Below are positions 10,828 through 21,154 of a stretch of 64,000 nt of DNA, in pieces (the stretch's first letter is position 1; each line of letters starts with the position of its first letter). The position numbers and the translations under genes are program-made. Where the stretch lies: the NCBI GenBank assembly GCA_000155695.1, contig DS990592.1, forward strand, positions 2,082,635 to 2,146,634, read 5' to 3'. Under the pieces are notes generated by a model that was given only the letters and a program-made list of their open reading frames with translations, had not been told where the DNA came from and did not search any database. This DNA is from Verrucomicrobiia bacterium DG1235. GTDB taxonomy: Bacteria; Verrucomicrobiota; Verrucomicrobiia; Opitutales; Opitutaceae.

Positions 10828-12519
10828 ATGCGACCCACTCGCTCCATCTTCCTCTCTCTTTTCGTTTTCCTTTCTGTAAGCGCAATTTCCCTACGCGCCA
10901 ACGATCCCATTCTCGGATTCGACCACATCGAAATCTACGAACGCTCCCCCGACTCCGGCGAATCCATTCCCGAAACGAAGCAGCTCATCGAACAGGACTA
11001 CCCCTTCGCAACCAACCAAAGTATCGCCCAACTCCTTCCGTCTCACTTCGAAATCAAAATCCCACTTTCACGAAAAACAGAAGCAACTCCCTCCAAAAGC
11101 GACGTCATCTCCCTCTACCTTGGCGCCACCTACGAACTCTACTTCGACCAGCAGCTCATTGGAAAAAACGGAGCCCTCTCTCCCACCGGTCAAGAAATCG
11201 AAATCGGTCGAAGCTACAACTCATTCGCCCTACCCAGCTCGTCCTCACACGAAACAAATCACACCCTTCGTATCCGCGGAACACACACGCATACCCCCGG
11301 CAGCAAACACAGCTTCATCATCGTCCTCAATTCCCTCGAAGGCACCATCGCCGCCACTCGTGCCACTACCATCAACTACTGCCTCTTCCTCGGCTTCGCC
11401 TTGTTCGGAGCCTACCTCCTCGCCTACTTCCTGCTCAACCGCAAGCTGCCCCAATACCTCTTCCTCGGACTGTCCTGCCTCCTCTTCAGCGCATACGCCG
11501 TTAACAAACTCTTCTACTACCAGCTAAACGTATTGTATCCAAACCTTGATACAATCGCCTTCATAGCCAACACCGCCAATATCGCCCTCAGCATCTGCGC
11601 CCCGATCGCTACCCTACTCGTCTTTGGATACAAACGCCCTTGGATGCTCGCCCTCAGCATCATTCCATTACTCGCTTCCTTTACTTCCATCCCTCTCTAC
11701 ATCGTTCCCCTCACCTTTATCCTCTGCCTCGCCATCTCCTTGGTCGCTCTCTTCCAAAAACGCCCGCACGCCCTCCACTCCACCCTCATTTCCGCCGTTC
11801 TCGTAGCAAGCTACCAAGTCCCCTTTCTCGTCCCTCACCAAGCCTATTGCTTCGGAGCTCTCATGCTCTTCTTTCTCGTATCCACCATCAACCTACTCAT
11901 CCAGGAAAGTCGGCAACGCAACCAAACCCAGCTCCGCAACGCTCGCCTACAACTCGAACTCCTCAAGAGCAAGATCCAGCCCCACTTCGTGCTCAACTCA
12001 CTCACCTCCGCCATCGAGTGGATAGAGACCAATCCCCAACAGGGCGCAAAGCTCATCCAAGAACTCGCCAGGGAATTCGACCTGCTATCAACCATTTCCG
12101 AACTCCCGCTCATTGAGCTCGAAACAGAGCTGGAATCTTGCCGCACCTACCTCCGCATCATGGAGTACCGAAAGAAAGCCAAGTACCACCTTCGCCTCGA
12201 AAACATTGACCCCCAGTCCCAAATCCCTCCCTCCATCATTCGAAACCTCCTCGAAAACGCCCTCACCCACAACCACTACGGACAAGGCGAAGTCACCTTC
12301 CACCTCTCCCAAAACGTCCAAGCGAAACAACGCGTCCTCCGATTCTCAGCACCTTTCATATCCACGAAACCCCACTCCACGCCACGCCCCGACGGCACAG
12401 GCATTCGCTACATAAAAGCTCGCCTCGCAGAATCCTATCCCCATTGGACCTTCAAACACGGACCCGAAGCGGACAACTGGATCACCGAGATCACCACTCC
12501 CCTCAACGCCGAAGCATGA
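10828..12519 (+). CDS. Sensor histidine kinase, LytS/YehU type with 7TMR-DISM extracellular and 7TM domains
   Basis: 563 aa. Signal peptide, ~180-aa extracytoplasmic domain, 7 TM helices, then His_kinase (PF06580-like) HFVLNSLTSAIEWIE and an HATPase region (NALTH). Confidence 0.8.
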   Translation: MRPTRSIFLSLFVFLSVSAISLRANDPILGFDHIEIYERSPDSGESIPETKQLIEQDYPFATNQSIAQLLPSHFEIKIPLSRKTEATPSKSDVISLYLGATYELYFDQQLIGKNGALSPTGQEIEIGRSYNSFALPSSSSHETNHTLRIRGTHTHTPGSKHSFIIVLNSLEGTIAATRATTINYCLFLGFALFGAYLLAYFLLNRKLPQYLFLGLSCLLFSAYAVNKLFYYQLNVLYPNLDTIAFIANTANIALSICAPIATLLVFGYKRPWMLALSIIPLLASFTSIPLYIVPLTFILCLAISLVALFQKRPHALHSTLISAVLVASYQVPFLVPHQAYCFGALMLFFLVSTINLLIQESRQRNQTQLRNARLQLELLKSKIQPHFVLNSLTSAIEWIETNPQQGAKLIQELAREFDLLSTISELPLIELETELESCRTYLRIMEYRKKAKYHLRLENIDPQSQIPPSIIRNLLENALTHNHYGQGEVTFHLSQNVQAKQRVLRFSAPFISTKPHSTPRPDGTGIRYIKARLAESYPHWTFKHGPEADNWITEITTPLNAEA

Positions 12520-13214
12520 ACATTCTCATCGTCGAAGACGAAGCAAGCATTCGCGACCGGCTTCTCCGCCTCACGCGATCCATCCTCGAAAACCGTATCC
12601 AAAGCCTGGAAACAGCCAATAGCCTGCCCGAAGCCGAAAGCTTACTCGCTGCCAATTCTTTCGACGTCCTCCTGCTCGACCTAAACCTAAACGGCGAAGA
12701 CGGCTTCGAACTCCTCAAATCCCTCGCCACACGCTCCTTCCACACCATCGTAGTCTCCGCCTATTCGCAGCGAGCCATCGAAGCCTTCGAACTTGGAGTC
12801 ATCGACTTCGTTGCCAAACCCTTCGACCAAGAACGCCTCGCCAAATCCTTCAACCGTATCCTCGGATCAGATACAACGCGTAGCCACTTCGCCAAATTCC
12901 TCGCCGTGCGCTCCCATACCCGCATCGAGCTAATCCCCCTCGATGAAATAGAGTACATCCAAGCCGACGGACCCTGCTCCCTCATCGTCAAAACCGACGG
13001 CTCCCAACGCCCCCACGACAAAATGCTCAAGGACCTATCGCAGCTCCTCCCCCCCAGTTTCGAGCGCGTCCACAAGTCCTTCATCGCAAACATGAAAGCC
13101 ATCAGCGGACTCCAAAACGGCGCGAACCACAAAAATAACCTCTCCTTCCACAGCGGCAAACAAATCCCCGTCAGCCGCTCCAAAGCCAAAGAGCTCAAAA
13201 CGAAGATTCAGTAG
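12516..13214 (+). CDS. LytR/AlgR-family response regulator (REC + LytTR DNA-binding domain)
   Basis: MNILIVEDEASIRD REC start overlaps the kinase stop (ATGA). The C-terminal region has LytTR-like features (ELIPLDEIEYIQADG...HKSFIAN). Start placed at the overlapping ATG, not the longer 12444 ORF. Confidence 0.85.
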   Translation: MNILIVEDEASIRDRLLRLTRSILENRIQSLETANSLPEAESLLAANSFDVLLLDLNLNGEDGFELLKSLATRSFHTIVVSAYSQRAIEAFELGVIDFVAKPFDQERLAKSFNRILGSDTTRSHFAKFLAVRSHTRIELIPLDEIEYIQADGPCSLIVKTDGSQRPHDKMLKDLSQLLPPSFERVHKSFIANMKAISGLQNGANHKNNLSFHSGKQIPVSRSKAKELKTKIQ

Positions 13215-14028
13215 GCGTGTCCCGCGTCACGATACGAATTACATAATAAGTCGCTTCCGTTTCTCCCGCGTTGCGCAAACCGTGCAGCTCGCCCGAAGCG
13301 AAAAAGAACACTGAACCCGGCCCCGCCGTCTCGCTCTTCCCTTCCACAGTCGCTTCTAACAATCCCTCCTTCACCACGATAATCTCCTCATCCGGGTGCC
13401 GATGCGCCGCATGCGAAACCAATCCCGCATGCAAGCTCGTCACATGACACCGCAGCCGCTCAGCCGTCACCGTCATGGAATCGAACAACTCCCTCCGTGC
13501 CCCCTTCTTCGTCGTCTCCACCGCCAGTTTCTCCCAATCGTACACCGCCGAAGCCAACGCACTCTTCGCTGCCGGCTCATCTGGAGCAAACTGCGTTTCT
13601 TTCGTCGCGTAACTAAAGACCAAATACGTGGCCGGCTCTTCGCCCACATTTCTCACACTGTGAAAATCATTTGCCGCATAGAAGAACAAGGAACCTGGCC
13701 CCGCCCGTGTCGCCTCCCCATTTATGATCACGTCCAGCAATCCCTCTTTCAGAATGATGAACTCCTCCTGCGCATGCTGATGCTGCGGATGAGAATCAAG
13801 CCCAGGATCTAAAGTCGTCGCATGACACTCGAAACGCTTCAAAGTCGCCGTCGGCGAATCAACAAAATCACGCCGCTCCCCAACCTCCGTCCCAACGGGA
13901 ACAAGCGCTTCCCAGTCAAATACCGTCGAACCAAGCAGCTTCACTTCATTCTGAGCTGACACGATCACATTCAATGCCAATACAATCGCAACCACTACAA
14001 CAGTTTTCCGAGCAAGGAGTAAAAGCAT
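13195..14028 (-). CDS. Secreted bicupin (two cupin_2 barrels) protein
   Basis: Signal peptide MLLLLARKTVVVVAIVLALNVIVSA (start moved to this Met). Two repeated cupin modules (HxH...E...H-type patterns: HQHAQEEFIILKEG and HRHPDEEIIVVKEG). Its 3' end overlaps the response-regulator 3' end by 20 bp (convergent). Confidence 0.6.
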   Translation of the reverse strand: MLLLLARKTVVVVAIVLALNVIVSAQNEVKLLGSTVFDWEALVPVGTEVGERRDFVDSPTATLKRFECHATTLDPGLDSHPQHQHAQEEFIILKEGLLDVIINGEATRAGPGSLFFYAANDFHSVRNVGEEPATYLVFSYATKETQFAPDEPAAKSALASAVYDWEKLAVETTKKGARRELFDSMTVTAERLRCHVTSLHAGLVSHAAHRHPDEEIIVVKEGLLEATVEGKSETAGPGSVFFFASGELHGLRNAGETEATYYVIRIVTRDTPTESSF

Positions 14029-14196
14029 AGTCAAAGCCTTCCCACAAAACCTCAAAAAAGCAACCTCCACCAAATCCCTCCAATTGTGTCGCAGCAAGCC
14101 CCTGCCTCCCACGTGCTACTCCGCGCATAGGATAGAATCAATGGATTAAGGAAAAAGAATCGTGAACTAATCCCTAAACCTCCTTAATCACGAACC

Positions 14197-15168
14197 ATGT
14201 CCCTAAAGATCTACGTCGATTTCTCACTGCCATCAGAAGCCCTCGCTCGCCTAAAAGAAGGCGCCTCCGGGCACGAACTCGTTTTCCCCAGCAAGCCCGC
14301 CGCTTCCGTACTCGCCAAAACAGAGCCTGATCCTAGCTTCTACCAAGCCGACATCGCTTTCGGCCAGCCGGACATCGACGCCATCGAAAAAGCTGCATCC
14401 CTAAAGTGGATACACATCAACACCTCCGGCATCACGCGCTACGATACCCCGGAGTTCCGAGCCCGCATGGCAGAACGTCAAATCCCCGTTTCAAATAGCG
14501 CCAGCGTCTACAATTCCGCCTGCGCCGATCACGCTCTCAGCTTCATGATGGCTCAATCGCGACAGCTTCCACAAGCCCTCGGATTCAGAGCCTCCAACGT
14601 CTCGGACGACTGGTTTCGCCTCCGCCGCGGAAGCGTTTCTCTCAAGGGACAAAAAGCCCTCCTCATCGGCTACGGAGCCATCGGAAAACGCCTCGCCGAG
14701 CTTCTCGCCCCCCACCACATGCAGCTTTCCGCCTACCGCCGCCAAGCTCGAGGCGACGAAACTATTCCCGTTATCACCGAAGACGAACTCGGAGCTTCCC
14801 TAGCCACCGCCGATCACGTCATCAACATCCTTCCCGACAGCCCGAGCACCCGAAATTTCTTCGACGCCAACCGATTCGCCCAATGCAAAACGGGAAGCGT
14901 CTACTACAACATCGGCCGCGGCACCACTACCGATCAAGACGCGCTCCACGCCGCCCTCACCAGCGGCCAGCTCAAGGAAGCATGGCTCGACGTTACCGAG
15001 CCCGAACCCCTCCCCGACGGTCATCCGCTCCTCTCGCTACCCAACTGCTACATCACGCCCCACATCGCTGGCGGACACTTCGGAGAAGTCATGCACTGCG
15101 TAGAAAACTTCCTCGAAAACCTCGATCGATTCACTAACGGCAAGTCGCTCGTCGACCACGTCATCTAA
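14197..15168 (+). CDS. D-isomer-specific 2-hydroxyacid dehydrogenase family, NAD-binding
   Basis: 323 aa. GYGAIGKRLAELL Rossmann motif. Catalytic-domain layout of the D-2-HDH family. Confidence 0.8.
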   Translation: MSLKIYVDFSLPSEALARLKEGASGHELVFPSKPAASVLAKTEPDPSFYQADIAFGQPDIDAIEKAASLKWIHINTSGITRYDTPEFRARMAERQIPVSNSASVYNSACADHALSFMMAQSRQLPQALGFRASNVSDDWFRLRRGSVSLKGQKALLIGYGAIGKRLAELLAPHHMQLSAYRRQARGDETIPVITEDELGASLATADHVINILPDSPSTRNFFDANRFAQCKTGSVYYNIGRGTTTDQDALHAALTSGQLKEAWLDVTEPEPLPDGHPLLSLPNCYITPHIAGGHFGEVMHCVENFLENLDRFTNGKSLVDHVI

Positions 15169-15270
15169 GAAAAAAAACGAAGGTCATTTCTCATCTTCAC
15201 TGCTCTCACTTGCCTGCAAGAAAAGTATTCAAATAATAGATACTTTTTACTAAACCGCTTTTTTGCAGAT

Positions 15271-16047
15271 CTAAGGGAGTTTCATTCTCGTTCGCTGCAG
15301 CAATTGCTTCCGCTCCTTCGCTGGATACCGCTCAATAGCATAGCGAACCGCCGTACGCGGAATCGCCGGACCATGTTCAAGCAAATATGTCCTTAAGCGC
15401 CGCATATCCGTCTTGCCCGCCTCCCGCAAAAGCCACCCAGTCGCCTTGTGAATAAGGTCCTCGGAACTCGAAAAATGCTCCTTCGCTATATCATAAGAAA
15501 AGTGGAGAAACTCTCCCTCGCGGGCGAACGGCACGAGCGTTACGAGACTCGCCCGACGCAGCCAAAGCGACTCCGCATGACACCATTTCCTGAGCGTCGG
15601 CTCTATCGATGGGTAATTCTCAAACAAGGGACTCAACGCCTGAGCGCAAAACGAGTCGACCAATGCCCAATTGTCGAAGCGACCATCCAACCACTCTCTC
15701 GCTTTCGGAATGAGTACCCTCGGACAAAACTCTTCCTCGAACGCCGCAAGGATCTGAATCCCCATTCCGCGAATCTCAATCTCAGGCTCTCCAACAAGCT
15801 CGTCGCAAAGCGAGATCGCCTCGGCAAGATTCCAGCCAAATTGGAGTTCATCAATCTGCGAGGCCGCATACCGACGTAAAGTCGCCGTATCAATCCCCAA
15901 CAGCGGAGTCGATTCCTTGAAATAACGCTGCATGGAAAGGCTCCGCTCCCCATCACCCATCGAACGCAAGTCGCTCGCGATCATCGCCGCGCGCTCCTCT
16001 ATTTCCGCCTGCGAACAGCAGCGGATAAGCTCGTTCATAGTAGTCAT
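15271..16047 (-). CDS. DNA alkylation repair enzyme-like (AlkD/HEAT-repeat family) protein
   Basis: HEAT-like repeats with ...NWALVDSFCAQALSPLF..., reminiscent of the PF08713 family. Start ambiguous (Met at 16104 or 16047). Confidence 0.5.
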   Translation of the reverse strand: MTTMNELIRCCSQAEIEERAAMIASDLRSMGDGERSLSMQRYFKESTPLLGIDTATLRRYAASQIDELQFGWNLAEAISLCDELVGEPEIEIRGMGIQILAAFEEEFCPRVLIPKAREWLDGRFDNWALVDSFCAQALSPLFENYPSIEPTLRKWCHAESLWLRRASLVTLVPFAREGEFLHFSYDIAKEHFSSSEDLIHKATGWLLREAGKTDMRRLRTYLLEHGPAIPRTAVRYAIERYPAKERKQLLQRTRMKLP

Positions 16048-16265
16048 CGCATATTCCTCGCGACGAGCCAACACCCGCCCTTTGGAAAACGTAAAGAAAT
16101 TCAACCTGCAAAAACGCTGACACCAATTATGCGCAACTTGAACGATTTCTCAATTAACAAGGCAATTGCCTGGACGAAATCAGATCAATGAATCCCTTCG
16201 ATCAGACCTTATCATAGCCCCATCCGTACCCAACAAACGAGCCTAGCAAGCACGTCAGCGCCCAT

Positions 16266-17045
16266 TCACTCTCGGCTCGTCCCACCTACAGCTAGAAAAT
16301 GAACTCCACCCATGCTCAACAACTCATCCGCTCCCACCGCAATCACGTGGCGATTCGGTTCATCGCTCTCATCTAGTCCCACGACCGCGCGAACCTCCGC
16401 GGCCACGCTCGGCGACAATCGCGTATTCTCCAAGTATCCACAATTCACCGACACCGTTGGCGTGCCACTCGTCACCATGAGCCCTGGCTGATTCCTTCGA
16501 GCCCAATCCTCAACGCATCCAACCAACAAGACATAGGACAATGTATTTCTCTCCGACCAATAAGCGATCTCCTCTTCGTAAGGTTCCCGCCCAATCACAA
16601 ACTCATAGGCCCGACCGATGACTTCAGCGTACGCCTCGCCATCTTCTATAAGTAGAGCAAGATTTTGCCTCATCAGCTCCGTATAGCCAATCGATCCATC
16701 CGCTTTGTTAACGTTTTTCTTCGAATCCAAACCAAATGCGTCGCGATACGCCCGACCATAAATCTCCGCGCGGATCGCATCATTTTCAGCTAGCTCACCA
16801 CGAATTTCCGCCATTGCTGCCGCCAGCGAGACCTCTGCTTTCCCCAGCCAGACAGTCAGCTCTTCAGCCCTAGGAGCCTGCCCTGTCTCAAGTATGAAAG
16901 CCGCCACGACCCGCTCCTTCTGCAGGCTCGATTTCGCATGCAAGCCAGCTGCGAAACAAACGAGAGAAAGGAATAAAACAACGGGGCGGAATGACAGGTA
17001 CGAGATCATGTGGATGAATAAAAATGAGACAGGCCAATCGGTCAA
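16266..17045 (-). CDS. Hypothetical protein, probably exported
   Basis: 259 aa. N-terminal hydrophobic segment (FRPVVLFLSLVCFAAGLHA). No recognisable domain. Confidence 0.4.
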   Translation of the reverse strand: MTDWPVSFLFIHMISYLSFRPVVLFLSLVCFAAGLHAKSSLQKERVVAAFILETGQAPRAEELTVWLGKAEVSLAAAMAEIRGELAENDAIRAEIYGRAYRDAFGLDSKKNVNKADGSIGYTELMRQNLALLIEDGEAYAEVIGRAYEFVIGREPYEEEIAYWSERNTLSYVLLVGCVEDWARRNQPGLMVTSGTPTVSVNCGYLENTRLSPSVAAEVRAVVGLDESDEPNRHVIAVGADELLSMGGVHFLAVGGTSRE

Positions 17046-17103
17046 CCTCCTCTCTTACGCTTGCTCCGCGCTTACTTCTGAATACTAACTACTGACCTAA
17101 ACT

Positions 17104-18918
17104 ATGAAGCACCGCCCCTACACTATTTTCACTCGCCTACTCTCGATTTTCATCTGCGTCGCAGCGCCACTCGCCGCGTTCGCCCAGCCATCCGGAGGAC
17201 CCTACGGCCCCATTCAGCAAACCTACGAACTGCCAAATGCCAAAACCCTCTACTTCGTCGCGCCTGACGGCAAAACCTCCGCAACAGGGCTCTCTCTCGA
17301 ACAGCCAACGACCCTCGCATCGGCCATCGCGAAAGTCGTCACCGGCGACGCCATCATCCTGCGCGGCGGCACCTACCGTACCGGCGGCCTTCGCCTCAAC
17401 CAAGGTGTCACCATCCAGCCCTACGCCAACGAAACGCCTATCGTCAAAGGCACCGAAATAGCCACCGACTGGGAAGCCCTTTCAGAAAACCGCTGGCAAA
17501 CCTCTTGGACCCGTCTCTTCCCCGCCCAGCCAGCCGACTGGTGGCGACAAAGAAACGTATCCAGAACTCCACTCCATTTCTTCAACAACGATATGCTCTT
17601 CATCGACGGTAAGCTGCTCTCCTCTTCCGGCAGCGTCGACGAAGTCACCGAAGACAGCTACCACATCGACTACCAGGAGGGTATCGTCACCATTGGAACC
17701 GACCCCGCCGACCGTATCGTAGAAATCACTACACAAAACAGCGCCATCGTCAGAACGATCCGCGATGTACACGGAAAATCCAACGACCGCATCGGACCGA
17801 CCATACGCGGCATCACCTTCACCCAATACGCCCGCCTCGCCCTAGAAATAGAAGGCATCGAGCCCGGCGCCTACATGGACCCCTCAAACTTCGGCAAGGA
17901 AGTCGTCGGAGCCACCCTCGAGCACCTCACCATCTCACACTGCTCCCGCGTCGCCGGCTACTTCCGCGGAGACAATCTCACCATCCGCCATTGCCTCGTA
18001 GCAGACTGCGGCACCGAAGGCATCTACATCATAAACTCCGCCGACGTCCTCCTCGAACGAAACATCGTCACCCGCACCAACAGCTCGGAAAAGCTCTGGG
18101 GCTACTACGCCTCAGCCGTCAAAATCTTCAACCAGTCCTACCGCACCGTCTGCCGCGAAAACCTCATCATCGACAACCCCCACGCCTCCGGCATCTGGTA
18201 CGACGTCGGAAACGTAGACGGAGTCGTCGTCAACAACTGGTTCCAAAACACCCGAGACGGCTTCTTCTTCGAAATCTCGAAAGGCGCCACCTGTGCCGGA
18301 AACGTCTTCGTCGACTGCACCCCAGGCACCCGTGTCCTCAATAGCTCCGGAGTCAAGCTGTATCAAAACACCTACTACAATAGCCGAGCCGACTTCATCC
18401 GCACCCCCCGCAGCCACAACGCCAACGACCACTTCGGCTGGCACGCCAGCGCCGGACCCGACGTCCAAGAACGCCACAGCCACGCCTTTATCAACAACCT
18501 TCTCGCCGCCGACGAAACCTTCGAAGGCAGCCTCGTCGCCTTTTACCAAAGCCCCGAACTCGCCGACCAACTCACCGAGCCCCAAGTCGACGCCATGGAC
18601 GGAAACGTCTACACCCGCCACCCAACCGAAACCGAACAAGCTCTCATTGTCCTCACCCCAAATCCCTCCCAAGACACCCCCCTCGAACTCGCCTCCCCCA
18701 AAGACCTCAACGCTCTGTATCCAGAATTCGAACGCGCCTCGCGATTCCTCGCCAACTATTGGGGACCTCTCTTCCATGGCGTTCAACTCGGTAACTTCGA
18801 GCTCCTTAAAACCTTCCCCGAAAGCGACGCTGGCATAAAGCTCCCCAGCTCCATCAAAAAACTGCTCGGCCCCGCAGGAAAAAAAGGCCCCTTCCCCGGC
18901 GCCTATCCGCCACAGTAA
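17104..18918 (+). CDS. Secreted right-handed parallel beta-helix repeat protein (pectate-lyase-like fold)
   Basis: 604 aa. Signal peptide. Repeated beta-helix coils (RNIVTRTNSS..., CRENLIIDNPHASGIWYDVGNVDGVVVNNWFQN...). Confidence 0.65.
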   Translation: MKHRPYTIFTRLLSIFICVAAPLAAFAQPSGGPYGPIQQTYELPNAKTLYFVAPDGKTSATGLSLEQPTTLASAIAKVVTGDAIILRGGTYRTGGLRLNQGVTIQPYANETPIVKGTEIATDWEALSENRWQTSWTRLFPAQPADWWRQRNVSRTPLHFFNNDMLFIDGKLLSSSGSVDEVTEDSYHIDYQEGIVTIGTDPADRIVEITTQNSAIVRTIRDVHGKSNDRIGPTIRGITFTQYARLALEIEGIEPGAYMDPSNFGKEVVGATLEHLTISHCSRVAGYFRGDNLTIRHCLVADCGTEGIYIINSADVLLERNIVTRTNSSEKLWGYYASAVKIFNQSYRTVCRENLIIDNPHASGIWYDVGNVDGVVVNNWFQNTRDGFFFEISKGATCAGNVFVDCTPGTRVLNSSGVKLYQNTYYNSRADFIRTPRSHNANDHFGWHASAGPDVQERHSHAFINNLLAADETFEGSLVAFYQSPELADQLTEPQVDAMDGNVYTRHPTETEQALIVLTPNPSQDTPLELASPKDLNALYPEFERASRFLANYWGPLFHGVQLGNFELLKTFPESDAGIKLPSSIKKLLGPAGKKGPFPGAYPPQ

Positions 18919-19202
18919 AATCGCCTCGTAAGCAAAACCGTTTAATGAGGCTTGAGAAAGCGCCCAAGCCCTACCTTTTCGACAAGCATAAGGGTAAGTT
19001 CCGAGCGTCGCCCCGGACCTAGCCTCGCAAGCGACCGGGTATTGAATTATCACCTGATCAATCCCTGCTGGCGAAGCCACCCTGCTCGCGCAGCGATCCC
19101 TGTCAGAATAAAATCCCGCCCCACCTCCAGACCCAATCACTCATCCTCAAAAACATCTGAGTAATCTGTGGCCAAAAAAAGCATAGTCCCATACCCCCGA
19201 TC

Positions 19203-21125
19203 TCAACTCACCTCTAAAGCCCGCATCACCGCTTGAAACGGCGCCTCCTCTAACACCCCAAACATCCCCGCCTTACCCTTCTTATCCCGACCCGTCTGCG
19301 GCGTGGCAATCCCGCACAGATACCGTGCCGCCTCCCGAGCCGACTTGCTTCCCACCGGACGTTCCTCCAAAAAACGCTCCACCTCCGCAGCCTCGCTCTC
19401 GCTCAGCCCGCGCTCCGAACCCACCACCTTCGTCACCGTCCCGCTCTGACAGTATCCACAATGTCCACACGGTTTCCCGAGTTCCTCCCCAAAATACTTT
19501 AGTAAGTGACGCGTCTTGCAGTCGTCCACATTGAGAAACTCCACCACCTGCCGCGTCCGCTGCAAATTCCCCGCTTCGTTCCGCGCCACCTTCGCCATCA
19601 AAGCAGCCGTCACCTCCGCCGCATTCCCACGCTGCAATAACCGCATACCCTGACGCAGCCCCGTCACGCCGACCTCCAGCTTACCCGTTTCCTCCAAATG
19701 GTTAAACGCCTTCACGATTCGCGACCGCTCGCAACCTAGAGCCTGCACCACTGTATCCAAATTCAAGTAGCTCCACATCGTCTTCGCCGTCGCCTGAGCC
19801 AGCAAGCTTCTCAAAAACTCCCCCGGCTCTCCCTTGAACGCGGCCAACACCCACTCCTTCTTCTCCACATAGCGAAACTTGTATTCACTATAAAAAGGCG
19901 CCGTAAACTTGATCACTCCCTCCAACTCCAAATAGGTCAGCAAGGTACTCAAGACCAGCGGGCGAATATCCGTCTGCCGCGACAAGTGATACATCGAAAT
20001 ATCAAACTCATCCTCCTGCTTCAAAACATACTCCACCAACGCTCCCACCGCTTCCTCCGTCGGCGTATCCCCAAAAATAAAATTCTCCAGAACCATCAAG
20101 TCCTCATCGCCACCAAGCACCTCGCAATAAGACGCCTTCCCATCTCGTCCGGCGCGCCCAATCTCCTGAGAATAGTTCTCCAAGGTCTTCGGCAAGTTAT
20201 AGTGAAACACTCGCCGTATATCCGATTTGTCGATACCCATCCCAAACGCAATCGTCGCCACCACGATCCCATCCGCCGACGCCATAAACCAATCCTGTAT
20301 ATTCGCCCGCACGTCGCTCTTCATCCCCGCATGGTAAGCCTTTGCTGGATACCCCCACCTCGCTAACCCAGCTGCCACCTCCTCCGCCGTCTTCTGCAGC
20401 GTCACATACACGATCGTCGGCCCCGCCGGAATATCTTCCAAACGCGAGCGCAAAATCTCCATGCGCTCGCTCGCCGCCGTCGGCGAAAACGCCAAAAACA
20501 AATTCGGCCGGTGAAACCCGGTGTTCACGTACCCCGCCGGAGCGATCTCGAACTCCCGCAAAATATCCTCCACCACCGTTGGTGTCGCCGTCGCCGTCAG
20601 AGCCAACACCCGCTCCACCTTCAAGGCCTTCGCCGCAATCGCCAACTTCAAGTACTCCGGCCGAAAATTATGCCCCCATTCCGAAATACAGTGCGCCTCG
20701 TCGATCACCATCAGCGAAATCGCATGCCCCTCGATCGCCGCAAAAAAGCGCTCGTTCGAAATCCGCTCCGGCGCCACGTACAAAAGCTTCAATGCCCCGG
20801 CCCGCACATCGCTGTAAACCGTTCGCGACTCCTCCGCCGACAAAGTCGAATCCAGCCGCGCCACTCTCACCCCGCGCTCCTGCAAAAAATCAACCTGATC
20901 CTTCATCAACGCGATCAAAGGCGAAACCACGATCGTCAACCCGTCCAGCATCAAGGCGGGCAACTGGTAACAAAGACTCTTCCCGCTTCCCGTCGGAAAA
21001 ACCGCCAAAGCGGAATTCCCCTGCAAAACCTGCTCGACGATCCGCTCCTGCCCGGGGCGAAAGGCATCGAAGCCAAATACAGTCTTAAGCGTTTCGTGAG
21101 GGTCGGTCGGTAGCACGGCCGCCAA
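19203..21125 (-). CDS. recQ: ATP-dependent DNA helicase, RecQ family
   Basis: 640 aa. FGFDAFRPGQERIVEQVL, Walker A (FPTGSGKSL), DEAH box (VIDEAHCISEWGHNFR), C-terminal Zn-binding (CGHCGYC) and winged-helix region. Confidence 0.85.
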   Translation of the reverse strand: MAAVLPTDPHETLKTVFGFDAFRPGQERIVEQVLQGNSALAVFPTGSGKSLCYQLPALMLDGLTIVVSPLIALMKDQVDFLQERGVRVARLDSTLSAEESRTVYSDVRAGALKLLYVAPERISNERFFAAIEGHAISLMVIDEAHCISEWGHNFRPEYLKLAIAAKALKVERVLALTATATPTVVEDILREFEIAPAGYVNTGFHRPNLFLAFSPTAASERMEILRSRLEDIPAGPTIVYVTLQKTAEEVAAGLARWGYPAKAYHAGMKSDVRANIQDWFMASADGIVVATIAFGMGIDKSDIRRVFHYNLPKTLENYSQEIGRAGRDGKASYCEVLGGDEDLMVLENFIFGDTPTEEAVGALVEYVLKQEDEFDISMYHLSRQTDIRPLVLSTLLTYLELEGVIKFTAPFYSEYKFRYVEKKEWVLAAFKGEPGEFLRSLLAQATAKTMWSYLNLDTVVQALGCERSRIVKAFNHLEETGKLEVGVTGLRQGMRLLQRGNAAEVTAALMAKVARNEAGNLQRTRQVVEFLNVDDCKTRHLLKYFGEELGKPCGHCGYCQSGTVTKVVGSERGLSESEAAEVERFLEERPVGSKSAREAARYLCGIATPQTGRDKKGKAGMFGVLEEAPFQAVMRALEVS

Positions 21126-21154
21126 GCTCGCAACCCTTCACCCCACAAGCAAGC

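Noticed and set aside
18112-19140. 342-aa Gly/Ala/Val/Glu-rich antisense ORF inside the beta-helix gene
   Set aside because: Low-complexity composition driven by GC-rich antisense frame; no motifs.
20342-21113. Two ~200-250-aa Pro/Arg/Ser-rich ORFs antisense to recQ
   Set aside because: Overlap a clearly conserved helicase; composition is typical of frame artefacts.
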